A stretch of 64,000 bases of DNA from an uncultured Acidobacteriia bacterium (GCA_903825445.1 CAIKAS010000364.1:26298-90297), one strand, 5' to 3'. Shown: positions 9,581 to 19,046, counted from the stretch's first letter. Notes: generated from the letters alone by a model not told the origin. A program made the numbers and translations.

Positions 9581-11134
9581 ATGACGCAGATCGACGTAGT
9601 CTACACACCAACCGGCGACATACCCAGCGCACCCGGCGTCGCACTCCTCTCCCACCTCCGCGCCATTGTGAGCGAAGAACTCGCTGTGGGCTGGGCCATT
9701 GTTTCCTCCGAACCGATTCCCGACACCGTCGGCTCCTGGCTCGTCACCCTCCAGAGCCAGACCGCCGATTCCGCCCTGGACATCAAGGAAAGCCTCCTCG
9801 CCGCCGCCGACCCGCAGCTCCGCCTCTTCCTCGACATCCCGAATCTCTCAGCGAACGCCGGCACCTCAATTCCAGCCGACCCCGAGGCGCCGTCCATTCG
9901 CCCCTTCACGCTGCCACTACCGCCCACAATTCCAGCTGTCCTGCTTGGTTCTGAAGCTAAACAACGCAGCCGCGCGGCCCTGCAGGGCGTTCTCACAGGT
10001 TTCCTCTTGTCCCTGGCTCTCGGCCTGTTCACACCACCTGCCAGCACCGTCCGCCGCATGTTTGACCCCCGTACGCCATCCGCCGCTGTGCCAATCGCGA
10101 TTCTCTGCCTGTTCTTCTGGGGCATTCTTTACGGCCTGAATCGACGCCGTCGTCTCCTGGCAACAGAAACCCTAAATGGCGCCGATCTCCTTCCCGCAGT
10201 CATTAACGGTCTTCACACTCACGGCGTCGAACTCCTGGAGCAGGCTCTGCGGGGGCAGGATGACGATTACAAAGTCGTCCAGTACAGTCCCCTGCTCCGC
10301 CGCGTCTGGGTAACACTCGAACAATGGCTGATCCGCCCCAGCTTGCAGAACGCCCACCTGGTAATCGAGCAGCAAGTCATTTCCGACCGCGAATCCACCC
10401 AGCGCGCTTACAACCTGCTGCGCATCTTCGTTTGGGCCACACCAGTTCTCGGCCTGATTGGCACCGTGGTCGGCATCTCGATTGCCGTCGGCGGCTTCGC
10501 CAGTTTCCTCTCCACTAATGTCGACGACGTTTCAAAGATCAAAGCGGGACTGGTCGGCGTCACTGGCGGTCTGTCTTTCGCGTTCCTCATTACCCTGGAA
10601 GGCTTGCTATCGTCGCTGATCCTTATGCTCTTCACTTCAAACATCCAGACGCAGGAAGAGCGGCTTTACGCGGAGATCGAGCGCAGCGTCACGGAGAAAT
10701 TCCTGCCCGAACTGCAGCGTGCATCCCCCGAGCGCGAGCCGGGTGCCATCCACCACGCGCCGGCAGCCTGGGCGCACGCCATGTCAGACGCCTCACGCAA
10801 GGTCATCAGGGCCGTGGAAATCGCAGGCAAGCGCATCCTCACCCGCTGGGAGGAAAGCCATGACACTTACATCGCGGATCTCACCGAGACGCGCGATTCC
10901 GCCGACCGCTCTTCGCAGCTTTTCGCCGCCGCACTCGAAAAGGCAGCAACAAATATCGCTGCCCTCGGTCAGGTTTCCGCGCAGGTTCTTGAATCCCATG
11001 CCGCTCTCAGAACGGCTATGACGCAAACACCCGATGCGGGCCTCACCCAGGTGCTCGCGAACCTCGACACATCCCTACAGGATCTGAAACCGCTGCTGGA
11101 CGAATTGCGCCATCAGCGTGGAACTCCCAAATAG
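9581..11134 (+). CDS. MotA/TolQ/ExbB proton-channel family protein with long N- and C-terminal extensions
   Basis: ORF 9512..11134. I moved the start to ATG 9581 (RBS AGAGGAA) because the upstream codons merely translate the tandem repeat. Channel motifs are LRIFVWATPVLGLIGTVVGI and GLVGVTGGLSFAFLITLEGLLSSLIL. I predict four TM segments, a ~150-aa N-terminal domain and a ~150-aa helical C-terminal tail. Confidence 0.7.
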   Translation: MTQIDVVYTPTGDIPSAPGVALLSHLRAIVSEELAVGWAIVSSEPIPDTVGSWLVTLQSQTADSALDIKESLLAAADPQLRLFLDIPNLSANAGTSIPADPEAPSIRPFTLPLPPTIPAVLLGSEAKQRSRAALQGVLTGFLLSLALGLFTPPASTVRRMFDPRTPSAAVPIAILCLFFWGILYGLNRRRRLLATETLNGADLLPAVINGLHTHGVELLEQALRGQDDDYKVVQYSPLLRRVWVTLEQWLIRPSLQNAHLVIEQQVISDRESTQRAYNLLRIFVWATPVLGLIGTVVGISIAVGGFASFLSTNVDDVSKIKAGLVGVTGGLSFAFLITLEGLLSSLILMLFTSNIQTQEERLYAEIERSVTEKFLPELQRASPEREPGAIHHAPAAWAHAMSDASRKVIRAVEIAGKRILTRWEESHDTYIADLTETRDSADRSSQLFAAALEKAATNIAALGQVSAQVLESHAALRTAMTQTPDAGLTQVLANLDTSLQDLKPLLDELRHQRGTPK

Positions 11135-11250
11135 CCCACTGACGGTTTACAAATTCTTACACACCCCTTGCTTTCCGGTGGATTTGGGAGTAATGTAAAC
11201 AACTGTAAAGGAACTCTCCGCTGATGCACCAGCGAAGAATGGGGTGACTA

Positions 11251-12072
11251 ATGAGATTTTTCACAGGTGTAGTTCTTTCTTTGTCATTGACGACATTGGC
11301 TTTAGCGGCCACCCAGCCATCCACCTCGGATCAGGCTGGTATGAACGCCTTCCGAACCAAGGACTACGCAACGGCCTTCAGACTCTGGAACCAGCAAGCT
11401 TCCAAGGGCGATGCCAACGCTGAAGTCAATCTCGGCATGATGTATCTCCGGGGTTTGGGAGTCACCCGAAATCCTGAAGAGGCCATGAAGCTCTTCCAGG
11501 CATCCGCCCTCCAGGGCAACGGCCAGGCGGAATTCCAGTTGGGCCTGATGTATGCCAAAGGCGTGGGAGTCCAGCAGAACTACGGGGAGGCGATGCACTA
11601 CTACGAACTGGCGGCCGAACAGGGAGACGCCGATGCCAATTACGGAATTGGCCGGCTGTTCGAAGAGGGGTTCGGCGTCACGCAGAACGACAAGGCTGCG
11701 GCGACCTGGTATCGAAAGGCTGCGGAGCACGGCGTGGCCCCGGCTCAGTACAATCTGTCCCTTATGATCCTCAAGGGCAAAGGTGGCGAGAAGAGAGATG
11801 AAACTGCCGCATTCGCCCTGTGCAAGAAAGCGGCAGAGCAGGGCTTCGGCCCCGCGGAGGCTCAACTCGCGACTATGTTTGAACATGGCCAGGGCGTGAC
11901 AGCCAACACGGAACAAGCGCTTTTCTGGTCTACACTGGCGGCGAAGCAGCAGGAGAAATTTGCGGAAAGGCAGCGCGCCGCACTCGCTGCCCGTCTGTCT
12001 CCTGAGGCCGTCACACGCGCTCAGCAATCGGCGAGCGAATGGAAACCCGTTCTGACAACATCATCCAGATAG
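11251..12072 (+). CDS. Sel1-like repeat (SLR/TPR-family) protein, secreted
   Basis: 273-aa ORF with a signal peptide. Repeated ~36-aa units contain GDAxAxxxLGxMYxxGxGVxxNxxEAxxWYxKAAEQG. Confidence 0.85.
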   Translation: MRFFTGVVLSLSLTTLALAATQPSTSDQAGMNAFRTKDYATAFRLWNQQASKGDANAEVNLGMMYLRGLGVTRNPEEAMKLFQASALQGNGQAEFQLGLMYAKGVGVQQNYGEAMHYYELAAEQGDADANYGIGRLFEEGFGVTQNDKAAATWYRKAAEHGVAPAQYNLSLMILKGKGGEKRDETAAFALCKKAAEQGFGPAEAQLATMFEHGQGVTANTEQALFWSTLAAKQQEKFAERQRAALAARLSPEAVTRAQQSASEWKPVLTTSSR

Positions 12073-12091
12073 GCTTTCGTGCAGACCAATT

Positions 12092-12136
12092 CGACCGGCG
12101 GATCACCTGGAGGGGAGGATCCGCCGGTCGCGTTTT
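12092..12136 (+). terminator. rho-independent terminator after the Sel1-repeat gene
   Basis: 13-bp perfect stem CGACCGGCGGATC (12092..12104) / GATCCGCCGGTCG (12118..12130) with a 13-nt loop, followed by CGTTTTG. It sits between convergent genes. Confidence 0.7.
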
Positions 12137-12152
12137 GTGCAGGCAGGGAATT

Positions 12153-13259
12153 CTACTTCGCGCTGAACCGAAACTCGGTTGTAGTGTCGAACTTCTGCCC
12201 AGGCCGCAACAGAGCCGACGGAAACGTCGGGTGATTCGGAGAATCCGGATAATGCTGGGTCTCAAAGCAGAATGCCCCGCGCAGGTTGTAAACCTTGCCT
12301 CCCTTGCCCTTTTCGGTGCCATCGAGAAAATTCCCCGTGTAAAACTGCACGCCGGGCTGATTCGTATAAACCTCCATCACGCGACCGCTGGAGGGTTCCT
12401 CGACGCGCGCCGCCAGGCTTAAGGCACCCGCTGCGACACCGGTCCGGTTCAAAACCCAGTTGTGATCGTAGCCCTTACCCAGCTTCAATTGTTCGTCGGT
12501 CTGTCCGATCCTTTCACCCGGCGTGCGCGGCTTCCGGAAGTCAAACGGCGTACCCTGCACGTCCCGAAGTTCGCCGGTCGGGATCAGGCCCGCATCCACC
12601 GGCGTATAGCGATCCGCATTCAGCGTGACCAGATGGCCGAGAATATCGCCATCGCCCTTCAGGTTGAAATAGGAGTGGTTGGTCAGATTCAACACCGTCG
12701 GCTTATCGGTCGTAGCGGCATAGTGGATGCGCAGACGGTTATCGTCGGTGAGCGTATACGTTACAGTCGCCATCAGCGTTCCAGGGTAACCCTCTTCGCC
12801 GTCCTTGCTGATATACGTGAGCTCCAGCGCGCCGCCAGGCAGCTGTCGCGCGCTCCACACGTGCTTATCGAAACCACGAATGCCTCCATGCAGGGCGTTC
12901 ACCCCATCGTTGACCGGTACCTGAAAGGTCTTGTCGTCAATCGTAAACTGGCCCTTCGCCAAACGATTTGCGTAGCGTCCCACAAGGGCACCGAAAAACG
13001 CCTTGCCGCCCATATAGCCGGCAAGATTGTCGTAGCCCAGCACAACGTCACCCATCGCGCCCTTGCGATCCGGCGTCTTCAGCGACACGATAGCGCCGCC
13101 GTACGTTATGATTCTGGCCTCCATTCCCTTGCTGTTGGTGAGCGTATAGAGGGAGACGGCCGTCCCGTCCGGTGTCTTTCCGAAATCGGATTTCTGAATT
13201 GTCGCTGCATGCATGGCGAAGGTCATTAAAGAGAGTATCGGCAAAAATCTGAGCTTCAT
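12153..13259 (-). CDS. galM: aldose 1-epimerase (galactose mutarotase), secreted
   Basis: ORF 12153..13556. I moved the start to ATG 13259, giving signal peptide MKLRFLPILSLMTFAMHA. Motifs: LHGGIRGFDKHVW, TNHSYFNL, LIPTGE, GYDHNWVL, QFYTGNF, FCFETQHYPDSPN. Confidence 0.85.
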   Translation of the reverse strand: MKLRFLPILSLMTFAMHAATIQKSDFGKTPDGTAVSLYTLTNSKGMEARIITYGGAIVSLKTPDRKGAMGDVVLGYDNLAGYMGGKAFFGALVGRYANRLAKGQFTIDDKTFQVPVNDGVNALHGGIRGFDKHVWSARQLPGGALELTYISKDGEEGYPGTLMATVTYTLTDDNRLRIHYAATTDKPTVLNLTNHSYFNLKGDGDILGHLVTLNADRYTPVDAGLIPTGELRDVQGTPFDFRKPRTPGERIGQTDEQLKLGKGYDHNWVLNRTGVAAGALSLAARVEEPSSGRVMEVYTNQPGVQFYTGNFLDGTEKGKGGKVYNLRGAFCFETQHYPDSPNHPTFPSALLRPGQKFDTTTEFRFSAK

Positions 13260-13326
13260 AGTTTGTCCTGGCTGATTCTGGTTTGCGCGGCACGGCGCGG
13301 TTCGCGATAAGCTCAACATAACAGGT

Positions 13327-13803
13327 ATGCAACCTATTTCGCTGGACTGGCATTTCCTCTGGCTCTGTTTCGAGAAGATCGGCGTCGCGTGGCTTCTCGT
13401 CGTGCCCACGGGCTGGTTGAGCGAGAAACAGGGGAACTCGGTTGGTGTCCGCACCTTCCCTCTGGTCGCAATGGCCAGTTGTGGCTTTCTGATGATTCTG
13501 CCCGGCCTCGATAACGGCGATAGCTCCCGCGTATTGCAGGGGCTTGTCACCGGCATCGGCTTCGTCGGCGGAGGCGCAATTGTCCGCGATGGCGTCAGCG
13601 TTCATGGGACAGCAACAGCGGCCAGCATATGGGCTGCAGGCGCGATCGGTGCCGCAGTGGCCCTGGGCCACATCGAAATCGCCATCGTGCTTGCCGTCAT
13701 GGACGTATTCACTCTCCGGGCTCTGATCCCGATCAAGCAGTATCTCGAGAACCAGCGGGGGGACTCAGGTGAACGTTCGAATCGCTCTGCCAACACCGAG
13801 TGA
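13327..13803 (+). CDS. MgtC/SapB family membrane protein
   Basis: 158-aa ORF with GVRTFPLVAMASCGF, GIGFVGGGAIV and TATAASIWAAGAIGAAVALG, typical of the MgtC family. Confidence 0.8.
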   Translation: MQPISLDWHFLWLCFEKIGVAWLLVVPTGWLSEKQGNSVGVRTFPLVAMASCGFLMILPGLDNGDSSRVLQGLVTGIGFVGGGAIVRDGVSVHGTATAASIWAAGAIGAAVALGHIEIAIVLAVMDVFTLRALIPIKQYLENQRGDSGERSNRSANTE

Positions 13804-14422
13804 CACCAGAGCCGAGCCGTACCGAAAGGCGCTGGAACAAGCTGGTCTTGAACCGATCGCATTCGGGCCGGATTCCGGCAAGTCTCTCGATACCGTCGCC
13901 GGTCTCGTCCTGATCGGCGGTACGGATGTGGACCCCGCCCTTTACCGCGCGGCACCGCTCCCGGAGACGGACGTGCCCGATCGCCAACGCGACGATTACG
14001 AGTCCGCTCTGCTGCGCGCCGCGCTTGCCCGTAATCTGCCTGTTCTGGCCATCTGCCGCGGACAACAGTTGTTCAACGTCGTTTGCGGCGGCACGCTGAT
14101 TCAACACCTGCCCAACACTCACAAACACAGGCTGCCCACGGGTGGTGGGCGAGTACACGACGTCATTCCCGAAGACAAGCTGGCGGAGATCTTCGGCAAG
14201 ACGAACCTGCCTGTCAACTCAAGGCATCACCAGGCGGTGGACCGCGTAGGCGAAGGCCTCACCGTCGCCGCCCGCGATCCGGAAGACGGGGTTATCGAGG
14301 CGCTTGTGTTCCCCGCCGCGCGATACGCCGTCTGCGTCCAGTGGCATCCTGAGGACATGGTGGACGACGAACGGCAAGCCCGGCTGTTCAGGTCCTTTGC
14401 CGCCGCTGTCAGCTTGAGATGA
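13769..14422 (+). CDS. gamma-glutamyl-GABA hydrolase-like class I glutamine amidotransferase (peptidase C26)
   Basis: 217-aa ORF with a GTG start, overlapping the mgtC-like gene by 35 nt. It has the catalytic Cys context LAICRGQQL, SRHHQAV and a C-terminal VQWHPE. Confidence 0.75.
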   Translation: MNVRIALPTPSDTRAEPYRKALEQAGLEPIAFGPDSGKSLDTVAGLVLIGGTDVDPALYRAAPLPETDVPDRQRDDYESALLRAALARNLPVLAICRGQQLFNVVCGGTLIQHLPNTHKHRLPTGGGRVHDVIPEDKLAEIFGKTNLPVNSRHHQAVDRVGEGLTVAARDPEDGVIEALVFPAARYAVCVQWHPEDMVDDERQARLFRSFAAAVSLR

Positions 14423-14430
14423 TGTAAATC

Positions 14431-15219
14431 GTGGCCATTGATCGCTCCGCCATCCTCGCGCACACCGCGCGAGTCCACCCTGATGCAGTCATCGGTCCGC
14501 GCACGCGAATCGGCGAATTCTGCATCGTAGAACAGGATGTCACCATCGGCGCCGATTGCGCGTTTGAGCCGTATTGCTTCGTCAAACGCTGGACCACTCT
14601 GGGTGATGGCAACGAAATCTCCGCCGGCACCGTCCTGGGCACAGACCCGCTCGACAAGAACTTCACCGGCGAACGCAGTTACCTTCGCATCGGGCACCGG
14701 AACAAGATCCGCGAACACTACACGGTGTCGAGAGGTACGAAGCCGGAATCGATCACGACGATCGGTGACGACAACTACATCATGACAAGCGGGCATATCG
14801 CTCACAACTGCACGGTCGGCAGCAATGTCGTGATTGCCAGTACTTCGCTCGTCGCCGGCTACGTCGAAGTAGAGGACCAGGTTTTCATCTCAGGCGGCGT
14901 GGTCATCCACCAGTTTTCAAAGATCGGCCGTCTGGCGATGGTGGCGGGAAATACCCGGGTCAACCTGGATCTTCCGCCGTTTTTCATGTACGCCGGGTAC
15001 TCCGCCGAAGCTAAAGGCCTGAACATCGTGGGCATGAAGCGCGCCGGATTCACCGTGGCACAAGTGGCAAAGATCAAGCAGGCGTATAAGATTCTCTACC
15101 GCTCCGGTCTCAAGCTGGAAGAAGCTCTCACGAAGATAGAGAGTGAACTCGCCGACGAGAACACGCTCCATCTGGTGCGCTTCGCGCGCGCGAGCCAACG
15201 CGGCATCTGCCGCGAATAA
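14431..15219 (+). CDS. lpxA: acyl-ACP--UDP-N-acetylglucosamine O-acyltransferase
   Basis: 262-aa ORF with a GTG start. Hexapeptide repeats make up the N-terminal two thirds. The C-terminal helical domain has GLNIVGMKRAGF and IKQAYKILYRSGL, characteristic of LpxA. Confidence 0.85.
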   Translation: MAIDRSAILAHTARVHPDAVIGPRTRIGEFCIVEQDVTIGADCAFEPYCFVKRWTTLGDGNEISAGTVLGTDPLDKNFTGERSYLRIGHRNKIREHYTVSRGTKPESITTIGDDNYIMTSGHIAHNCTVGSNVVIASTSLVAGYVEVEDQVFISGGVVIHQFSKIGRLAMVAGNTRVNLDLPPFFMYAGYSAEAKGLNIVGMKRAGFTVAQVAKIKQAYKILYRSGLKLEEALTKIESELADENTLHLVRFARASQRGICRE

Positions 15220-15234
15220 GCCCGAATTTGTTAA

Positions 15235-15801
15235 TTAGAACTGAACCTTAGGCGCTGTACGTGCCGCCGGATCGGTCTTGAAGTAAACGTCTTCCCGCTG
15301 GAATCCCGCCATCGACGCGATAATATTGGCCGGGAAGACTACCAAGTCCGTGTTGTACTGCTGGACGGCCTCGTTATAGACGCGGCGCGATTGCGAGATT
15401 CTGTTCTCTGTGCCCGCAATCTCATACATCAGCTGCTTGAAATTCTCGTTTGCCTTCAGGTTCGGATAATTCTCCACCACTAACATCAGGCGGCTCAGAG
15501 CGCTCGTAACCTGGTTGTTGGCGGCATCCTTCTCCGCCGGGCCCTTCGCGCCCATCATCGCAGCACGCGCATTGGCCAGCGATTCCATGACGCCCGTCTC
15601 CTCTTTGGCATAGCCCTTAACGGTTTCCACCAGGTTCGGGATCAGGTCGGCGCGGCGTTGCAGGTCGGTATCCAACTGGCCGAACTGCGCGGAGATCGCT
15701 TCTTTCTCGGTGGCAAGCTTATTGCGCGTCTGCACGAACTGGCATCCGCCTAACACTACGGCGAAGCCGACCGCCAGCAGAACAATCATTCCGGTTTTCA
15801 T
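15235..15801 (-). CDS. lemA: LemA family protein
   Basis: 188-aa ORF with an N-terminal anchor/lipobox (LGGC). It also has DLQRRADLIPNLVETVKGYA, ENYPNLKANENF and RVYNEAVQQYN, typical of LemA. Confidence 0.85.
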   Translation of the reverse strand: MKTGMIVLLAVGFAVVLGGCQFVQTRNKLATEKEAISAQFGQLDTDLQRRADLIPNLVETVKGYAKEETGVMESLANARAAMMGAKGPAEKDAANNQVTSALSRLMLVVENYPNLKANENFKQLMYEIAGTENRISQSRRVYNEAVQQYNTDLVVFPANIIASMAGFQREDVYFKTDPAARTAPKVQF

Positions 15802-15813
15802 GAGAAGTTTCTC

Positions 15814-16524
15814 CTATTTGGCGAGGACGTCAACGGCGTCGATCACCTTTTCAATCTGAATAATATAACGGGCAAACAAGGGTTCCGGTTCAACGTCCTT
15901 CGGCTTCACCTTCTGCTCACGCTGATCCAGCAGGCTGAGGAAGGGCGCGGCTTCAATGCCGAAATGACGCCCGGCACTTTCGATAATCTCGCGCTTGCGG
16001 ACAGGCCCGGCCACTCCATCGAGAAGAAGCGCATGTCGAAACAGAACGCAAAACGTGGAAACGGAATCGGCCAGCAATCGGCTGAGGGCGTCTCGATCCG
16101 AAAGAATGCCCCCTGCTTTCTGGCGCAGGTGCAACAACTTCGTACGCAGCTGGTATTCCACCTGCGCGCGATAGAACGAGCGGTCGATCTCGAGCGAATC
16201 CACCAGATTGGGACCGTAGAGAATCCGGTGATGTTCCCGGATATCGTGAAACTCGATGGCGAAACAGTCGGTGGAAGTCTTGAGTTCATGTTCCGTCAGC
16301 AACAGCGGCGACGGATTGCCCTGCTCGCGCCACCAGCGGAATACCGGCTCAGCCGCGCGCAACTCCGCGGGCGTAATCTGCGTGAGCAGGCAGAGAACAT
16401 TGTAATCGGAAAACTTTTCGTTATGGTCGCCCGTAGCGGCAGAGCCATAGAGCACGACCGAGACCAGGCGCGTGTCGAGCGCCTTGCGAAGTCTGTCCAC
16501 GATCTGGTCGAGATTATTTGCCAT
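15814..16524 (-). CDS. nucleotidyltransferase domain-containing protein
   Basis: 236-aa ORF with the N-terminal minimal NTase motif VVLYGSAATGDHNEKFSDYNVLCL and a helical C-terminal half. Confidence 0.65.
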   Translation of the reverse strand: MANNLDQIVDRLRKALDTRLVSVVLYGSAATGDHNEKFSDYNVLCLLTQITPAELRAAEPVFRWWREQGNPSPLLLTEHELKTSTDCFAIEFHDIREHHRILYGPNLVDSLEIDRSFYRAQVEYQLRTKLLHLRQKAGGILSDRDALSRLLADSVSTFCVLFRHALLLDGVAGPVRKREIIESAGRHFGIEAAPFLSLLDQREQKVKPKDVEPEPLFARYIIQIEKVIDAVDVLAK

Positions 16525-16560
16525 TCGCTTCCCTCATTATCGTAATCGCAGACCAACAAG

Positions 16561-17361
16561 CTACCATCCCGACGACGCCCCGCCGCCGCCCGAACCGCCA
16601 CCGCCAAAGCCGCCGAATCCGCCGCCACCACCACCGCCGCCGAATCCGCCAAAGCCGCCGTCTCGTCCCCTGCCTCCGCCACCACCGCCCAGCAACTGGC
16701 CAAGTATCATGCCGGTCAGGAAACCACCACCACCGCCGCCACCATACCCACCACCGCCCCGACGCAGCAACGAAAGCAAAATAAAGATGCCAAAGATAAT
16801 GAGCGGCCACGGAATGGAGTCGGACGTGACCCGGCGCGGACGGCGATAGGATTGTGGCGGCGGTATCTGCACGCCCTGATCCTTTGCAATGGCATCCCCG
16901 AGCCGTACCGCCGCCTGGATCATTGCCGCGCCGTACTGTTGGGCCTGCAGCGCCGGACGCATATCATCGAGCAGCAGCCCTGACATGCCGTCCGTAATCG
17001 CGCCGCCGATCCCGTGCCCTGTTTCGAGCTTGTCTTTGCGATCCGCAATAGACAGCAGCAGCATCACGCCGTTGTCTTTCTTCTTCTGGCCAACTCCCCA
17101 CGCATTGAAGAGATCGTGTGTAACATCTTCAATCGACTGACCTTCAAGAGAGTTGACAGTAACAAAGGCGAGTTGCGCCGTGGTCGCCTCTTCCACCCGC
17201 GCGGCATAGTCTTCCAGTTCCGCGCGGCTCTGGGCATCAATCACCCCGGCGAAGTCGGAAACGTATCCGCCCTGCGGCTTTAGAGACCTGAAGTCCGTCG
17301 CCGCCATTACCGGCGCGAGACAAAGCAGAAGGCTCGCAGCGAGACGGGGCAGACGTGACAT
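16561..17361 (-). CDS. TPM domain-containing protein (YgcG-like) with Gly-rich C-terminal tail
   Basis: ORF 16561..17493. I moved the start to ATG 17361, giving signal peptide MSRLPRLAASLLLCLAPVMA. It has the TPM motif YVSDFAGVIDA...LAFVTV, a TM segment, then a GGGGYGGGGGGG...GGFGGFGGGG tail. The + poly-Pro ORFs 16472..16849 and 16518..16784 are its antisense. Confidence 0.8.
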   Translation of the reverse strand: MSRLPRLAASLLLCLAPVMAATDFRSLKPQGGYVSDFAGVIDAQSRAELEDYAARVEEATTAQLAFVTVNSLEGQSIEDVTHDLFNAWGVGQKKKDNGVMLLLSIADRKDKLETGHGIGGAITDGMSGLLLDDMRPALQAQQYGAAMIQAAVRLGDAIAKDQGVQIPPPQSYRRPRRVTSDSIPWPLIIFGIFILLSLLRRGGGGYGGGGGGGFLTGMILGQLLGGGGGGRGRDGGFGGFGGGGGGGGFGGFGGGGSGGGGASSGW

Positions 17362-17477
17362 GGACACTACATAGTGTAACGGGCGCGAACGTCTGTTTGT
17401 TCGATTTCCGAAAAAAATGAACCCATTTCCCGGCGGATGCGCAACTGCCTTGTCGCTCCCGACGTTATTCTCAGAAC

Positions 17478-19046
17478 ATGGGCGCATCAACAAGGCCTAA
17501 CCGCCGGTGGCTCCGAATTGCCCTTTATAGCGCAGCCGGACTCCTTCTCGCCTTAGCAGCGATCGGCTTGGCGCTCGCACTCCGTTTCCAGCCAGTCGCG
17601 CGCGAATACTTCATCTCCACACTTCAAAAGCGCTACAAGAGCGACGTGGAACTGGGCGACCTCCATATCTCCCTGTTCCCCACCGTGCATGCGACAGGCG
17701 ATAACCTGGTGCTTTGGTTCAACGGCAGGCACGATGCACCGCCGATGGTACAGATACGCCAATTCACCTTTGACTCATCATTCATCAGCTTCTTCCGCAC
17801 TCCGAAACACATCGGGCGCCTTCGCCTGGAAGGTTTGCAGATCCATTTGCCCCCGCGCACCGCGAACACAGGCTCCGCGTCGATCCCCAGGGCGCCCGCC
17901 TCTTCCACGTCGACCGCCCCTTTCATCCTCGACGAAGTGATCGCCGATGGAACTAGTGTCGAAATCACGCCCAAAGATCCTGCGAAACAGCCACTGGTGT
18001 TTGACGTCCGGCAACTCACCCTGCGCACCGTCGGCGCGGGTCTGCCAATGGCATTTCAGGCCCAACTGACCAATCCGAGGCCACCCGGTCTCATACAATG
18101 CGAGGGAACGTTCGGCCCCTGGGATGCCAGTCATCCCGTCGACACGCCGATTTCAGGCAAGTATGTCTTCCATGACGCCGATCTCTCAGTGTTTAAAGGG
18201 ATAGCCGGTATGCTTGATTCAACCGGAACTTTCACAGGCCAGCTCGACACTATGGAAGTGCACGGAACAACCGACACTCCAAACTTTTCCCTGCACCTGG
18301 CTGATCACCCCGTCGCGCTGCATACGGAATTTCAGGCTACGGTGGACGGCACTAACGGCAATACCATTCTTCACCCGGTGCATGCTCGCCTGGGGCACTC
18401 GAAGTTCGACATCACCGGTGCCATCGAGCGCGGAGCGCTGGAGACGCGCAAGACGATTCTGCTGGATGCGAAGACGCCGAAAGCGCAGCTGGAAGATTTC
18501 CTGCGGCTCGCAGTCAAGGGGGCCCAACCGCCAATGACCGGCGGTATCCGTTTCGACACAAAGATCAAGGTGCCCCCCGGCGATACACCCGTGATCGACC
18601 GCCTGCAACTGGATGGCACGTTTGGATTGAGCGCTATAACGTTCACCAACAACGATGTCCAGCAGAAGATTGCCAGCCTCAGCCACCATGCGCAAGGCAA
18701 TCCAACCGATCACGATTCCCCCGTGACCGCCGACTTTCAGGGCGGGTTTCACCTGCTGGCAGGCAAGCTGAGCCTGCCCGATCTCACCTTCAAGGTCCCC
18801 GGCGCGAATGTCAGCATGCAGGGCAGTTACGGACTGCGAACCGGCGCGCTCGATTTCCGCGGCAACGCGAAACTGGATGCCACCGTTTCGCAAATGACGA
18901 CCGGGTTCAAGAGCAAGCTGCTGAGACCATTAGATCCCTTCTTCCGGCGCGACGGCGCAGTCACTGTTATACCGATCGTCATTAGCGGCACGCGCGGCGA
19001 CCCGTCGTTCAAACTGGATATGGGTCAAATACTGAAACGCAACTGA
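17478..19046 (+). CDS. AsmA-like / DUF748-like envelope protein
   Basis: 522-aa ORF with an N-terminal anchor RIALYSAAGLLLALAAIGLALAL followed by a long beta-rich extracytoplasmic region. The family assignment is by general resemblance only. Confidence 0.45.
   Translation: MGASTRPNRRWLRIALYSAAGLLLALAAIGLALALRFQPVAREYFISTLQKRYKSDVELGDLHISLFPTVHATGDNLVLWFNGRHDAPPMVQIRQFTFDSSFISFFRTPKHIGRLRLEGLQIHLPPRTANTGSASIPRAPASSTSTAPFILDEVIADGTSVEITPKDPAKQPLVFDVRQLTLRTVGAGLPMAFQAQLTNPRPPGLIQCEGTFGPWDASHPVDTPISGKYVFHDADLSVFKGIAGMLDSTGTFTGQLDTMEVHGTTDTPNFSLHLADHPVALHTEFQATVDGTNGNTILHPVHARLGHSKFDITGAIERGALETRKTILLDAKTPKAQLEDFLRLAVKGAQPPMTGGIRFDTKIKVPPGDTPVIDRLQLDGTFGLSAITFTNNDVQQKIASLSHHAQGNPTDHDSPVTADFQGGFHLLAGKLSLPDLTFKVPGANVSMQGSYGLRTGALDFRGNAKLDATVSQMTTGFKSKLLRPLDPFFRRDGAVTVIPIVISGTRGDPSFKLDMGQILKRN

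Noticed and set aside
8308-11134. Zorya-type (ZorAB) anti-phage system
   Set aside because: A MotA-like protein with a C-terminal tail is reminiscent of ZorA. However, the tail is short, the partners are ExbD-like with no peptidoglycan-binding domain, and no ZorC/D/E-like effector (helicase or nuclease) genes are adjacent.
11302-12027. 241-aa minus-strand ORF opposite the Sel1-repeat gene
   Set aside because: The plus strand encodes textbook Sel1 repeats with a signal peptide, while the minus-strand translation has no motifs.
13260-13556. N-terminal 99-codon extension of the galM ORF
   Set aside because: The extension is Arg/Pro/Ser-rich with no homology-like features and overlaps the mgtC-like gene's promoter and start region. 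ATG 13259 gives a canonical signal peptide.
16472-16849. Poly-proline ORFs (PPPPEPPPPKPPNPPPPPPPP...) on the plus strand
   Set aside because: They are the exact antisense of the Gly-rich C-terminal tail (GGC/GGT codons) of the TPM-domain gene. They have no start context and are not independent genes.
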